From: Selaginella moellendorffii
Lineage: Eukaryota; Plantae; Lycopodiophyta
DNA: 64,000 nucleotides
Reading direction: 5' to 3'
Assembly: GCF_000143415.4 (NCBI RefSeq)
Contig: NW_003314460.1
Location: 1 to 64,000 of the forward strand
How positions within the stretch are numbered: position 1 is the stretch's first letter; every line of letters starts with the position of its first letter. Under the pieces are notes generated by a model. That model ran no database searches. It saw only the letters and a program-made list of their open reading frames with translations, and was not told the origin of the DNA. Positions 62,501-64,000 of the stretch are shown here, piece by piece. Both the position numbers and the translations under genes were made by a program.

Positions 62501-64000
62501 GTATGATATTTTCTTGTTCTAATAAATAGTTAAATAGGAGTACATTGTACTGCCTGTTGTAGCCTTTGTGGCTTTGCTTGACTACAAAACAATGCTTACA
62601 AAGTCAGAATGACACAAGTAGAGATTTCATAAAAAAAGTCAGTCTCTTGCCACTTCACTCTCAAACAATGAAAGCAAATAATGAATCACCCAAGACAAAA
62701 TGTGGAAGAAGAATAGAATTGGATTCAGCACCTTTGCGAATACCCAGACAGACACATATCCTTGCAAGAGGAAGAGATCTAACATCAGTTGCATTGCCTG
62801 ACACTAGATTCAGGAGCTTCCTTAGAATGGCTTGTGGTGGCAGGGAGCATAGAAACATGAGTTCAGGCCACAAAGGTCACCATTTCAATCTTATTATCAA
62901 AGGGTCCTTAACAAATGTGTTACAATCCACTGCTACAAAAACTAACATCGTAAATTCGTGCAAATAATGGTATCCTAAGATCACAATCTCCTATTTCAAT
63001 AGTCCAAGCTAACACATTATCGCAAATGAGAAAAGATGAGACCTTGTAGTAAGTAGAAAAATAAGAAGTTGATGGTTGGCCTAAAGAAGGATTTTAGAGA
63101 AAAAAACATATAATGGATTTGGCATTTGAAGCAAGAAAGAATAAGGAAGGTTGCTAATCTTATGAAAAACATAGTAGTATTTATATTGGAAAGTAATTTG
63201 TTTTCTGCTATTTAGAGAAATCTTTGGTGATGTAGATATTCCAAACATGCAATTCTTACGAATATCTCAAAAATATCATTATTTTTTTAGAAAACTCTAC
63301 TCTTGAAGACTTAAGAAACTACAAGAAAAAGCTTTGTTAGCTTCTTCTTGGATATGAAAGAAAAACTTGAGCTACCTTCTGCAGTTCCATAAGCTAAGGA
63401 GTCCTTGCTGGTACATCCAAGCACATGAAGTTCCTTGGGTGTTAAGTCTTATCAAGTGGTGGGCTATTCAATGAGCATGATCAAAATTAAAAATAGGTTG
63501 AGAAAAAGGAGAAACAACATCTCTTACAAATAGCAGATAGGTTTAAAAAAAAAGTTAGAATTTATGCTAGGGTCCTCCCATGATTAATTTAAATGATGAT
63601 ATTAAAAAATATCACAATAATCCAGATAAATTCAAATAATACTACTTTTTAATTATTGATAATCTAGATACTGAATAGTTCTATTACTAATGCGGTAATA
63701 TTAATGGCATGCATTGGAAATTGGGATTAGAGCAGTAATAAAAAATGGAATTTTGTCACACATAATGACATCTTAACACTTCTATGACAATACAGATTTA
63801 CTTCTTCTGGTAAGAAAAGAAAATCCATTATATCATTCACCATTATAGTGTTCAGAAAATGGTAATAATGTCAATAATAAGCACTAATTTATTATACCAT
63901 GATAATAATAAAACAAAATGATAACATTATATATATATATAAAATATACCTTTTGCAATTACTCTCTGGAAGAGTTATTTATAATAATAAGGTTTTCAGA

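Noticed and set aside
62661-62873. FVLGDSLF as a GDSL lipase motif
   Set aside because: A single short match with no other GDSL blocks.

Overview
Eukaryotic land-plant DNA with very short (~50-60 bp) GT-AG introns. An ALDH21-like fragment suggests a lycophyte such as Selaginella, which is inference only. I can support no intact gene. (1) 1-43 kb is a Helitron-built patchwork. AT-rich blocks end in the Helitron 3' signature (CCCAGC-nnn-GCTGGG hairpin, then CTAG), several times joined head-to-tail as CTAG|TC, and there is a decayed RepHel remnant. Between these blocks lie reshuffled, disabled, intron-containing host gene fragments: kelch-repeat x3, FGAM synthase x2, TIC32-like SDR x2, ALDH x2, amidohydrolase x2, protein kinase x2, a CENH3/H3-like histone, and a DnaJ/thioredoxin-fold gene x2. 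(2) 43096-59028 is a young LTR retrotransposon without ORFs (TSD ATGAG, Met PBS, PPT). A second ORF-less LTR element (44181-52309, TSD CAGAC) sits in its 5' LTR. The outer element's 4.1-kb internal domain is an almost continuous chain of short, sequence-unrelated stem-loops, with apparent compensatory changes, which suggests a selected structured non-coding RNA genome. This is the most striking signal in the window. The inner element's 3' LTR carries an inverted ~1-kb LTR piece able to form a ~700-bp hairpin. (3) 59.7-62.5 kb holds SERINC and CYP88-like pseudogene fragments. There are six N runs. All family assignments come from remembered motifs, not from database searches.
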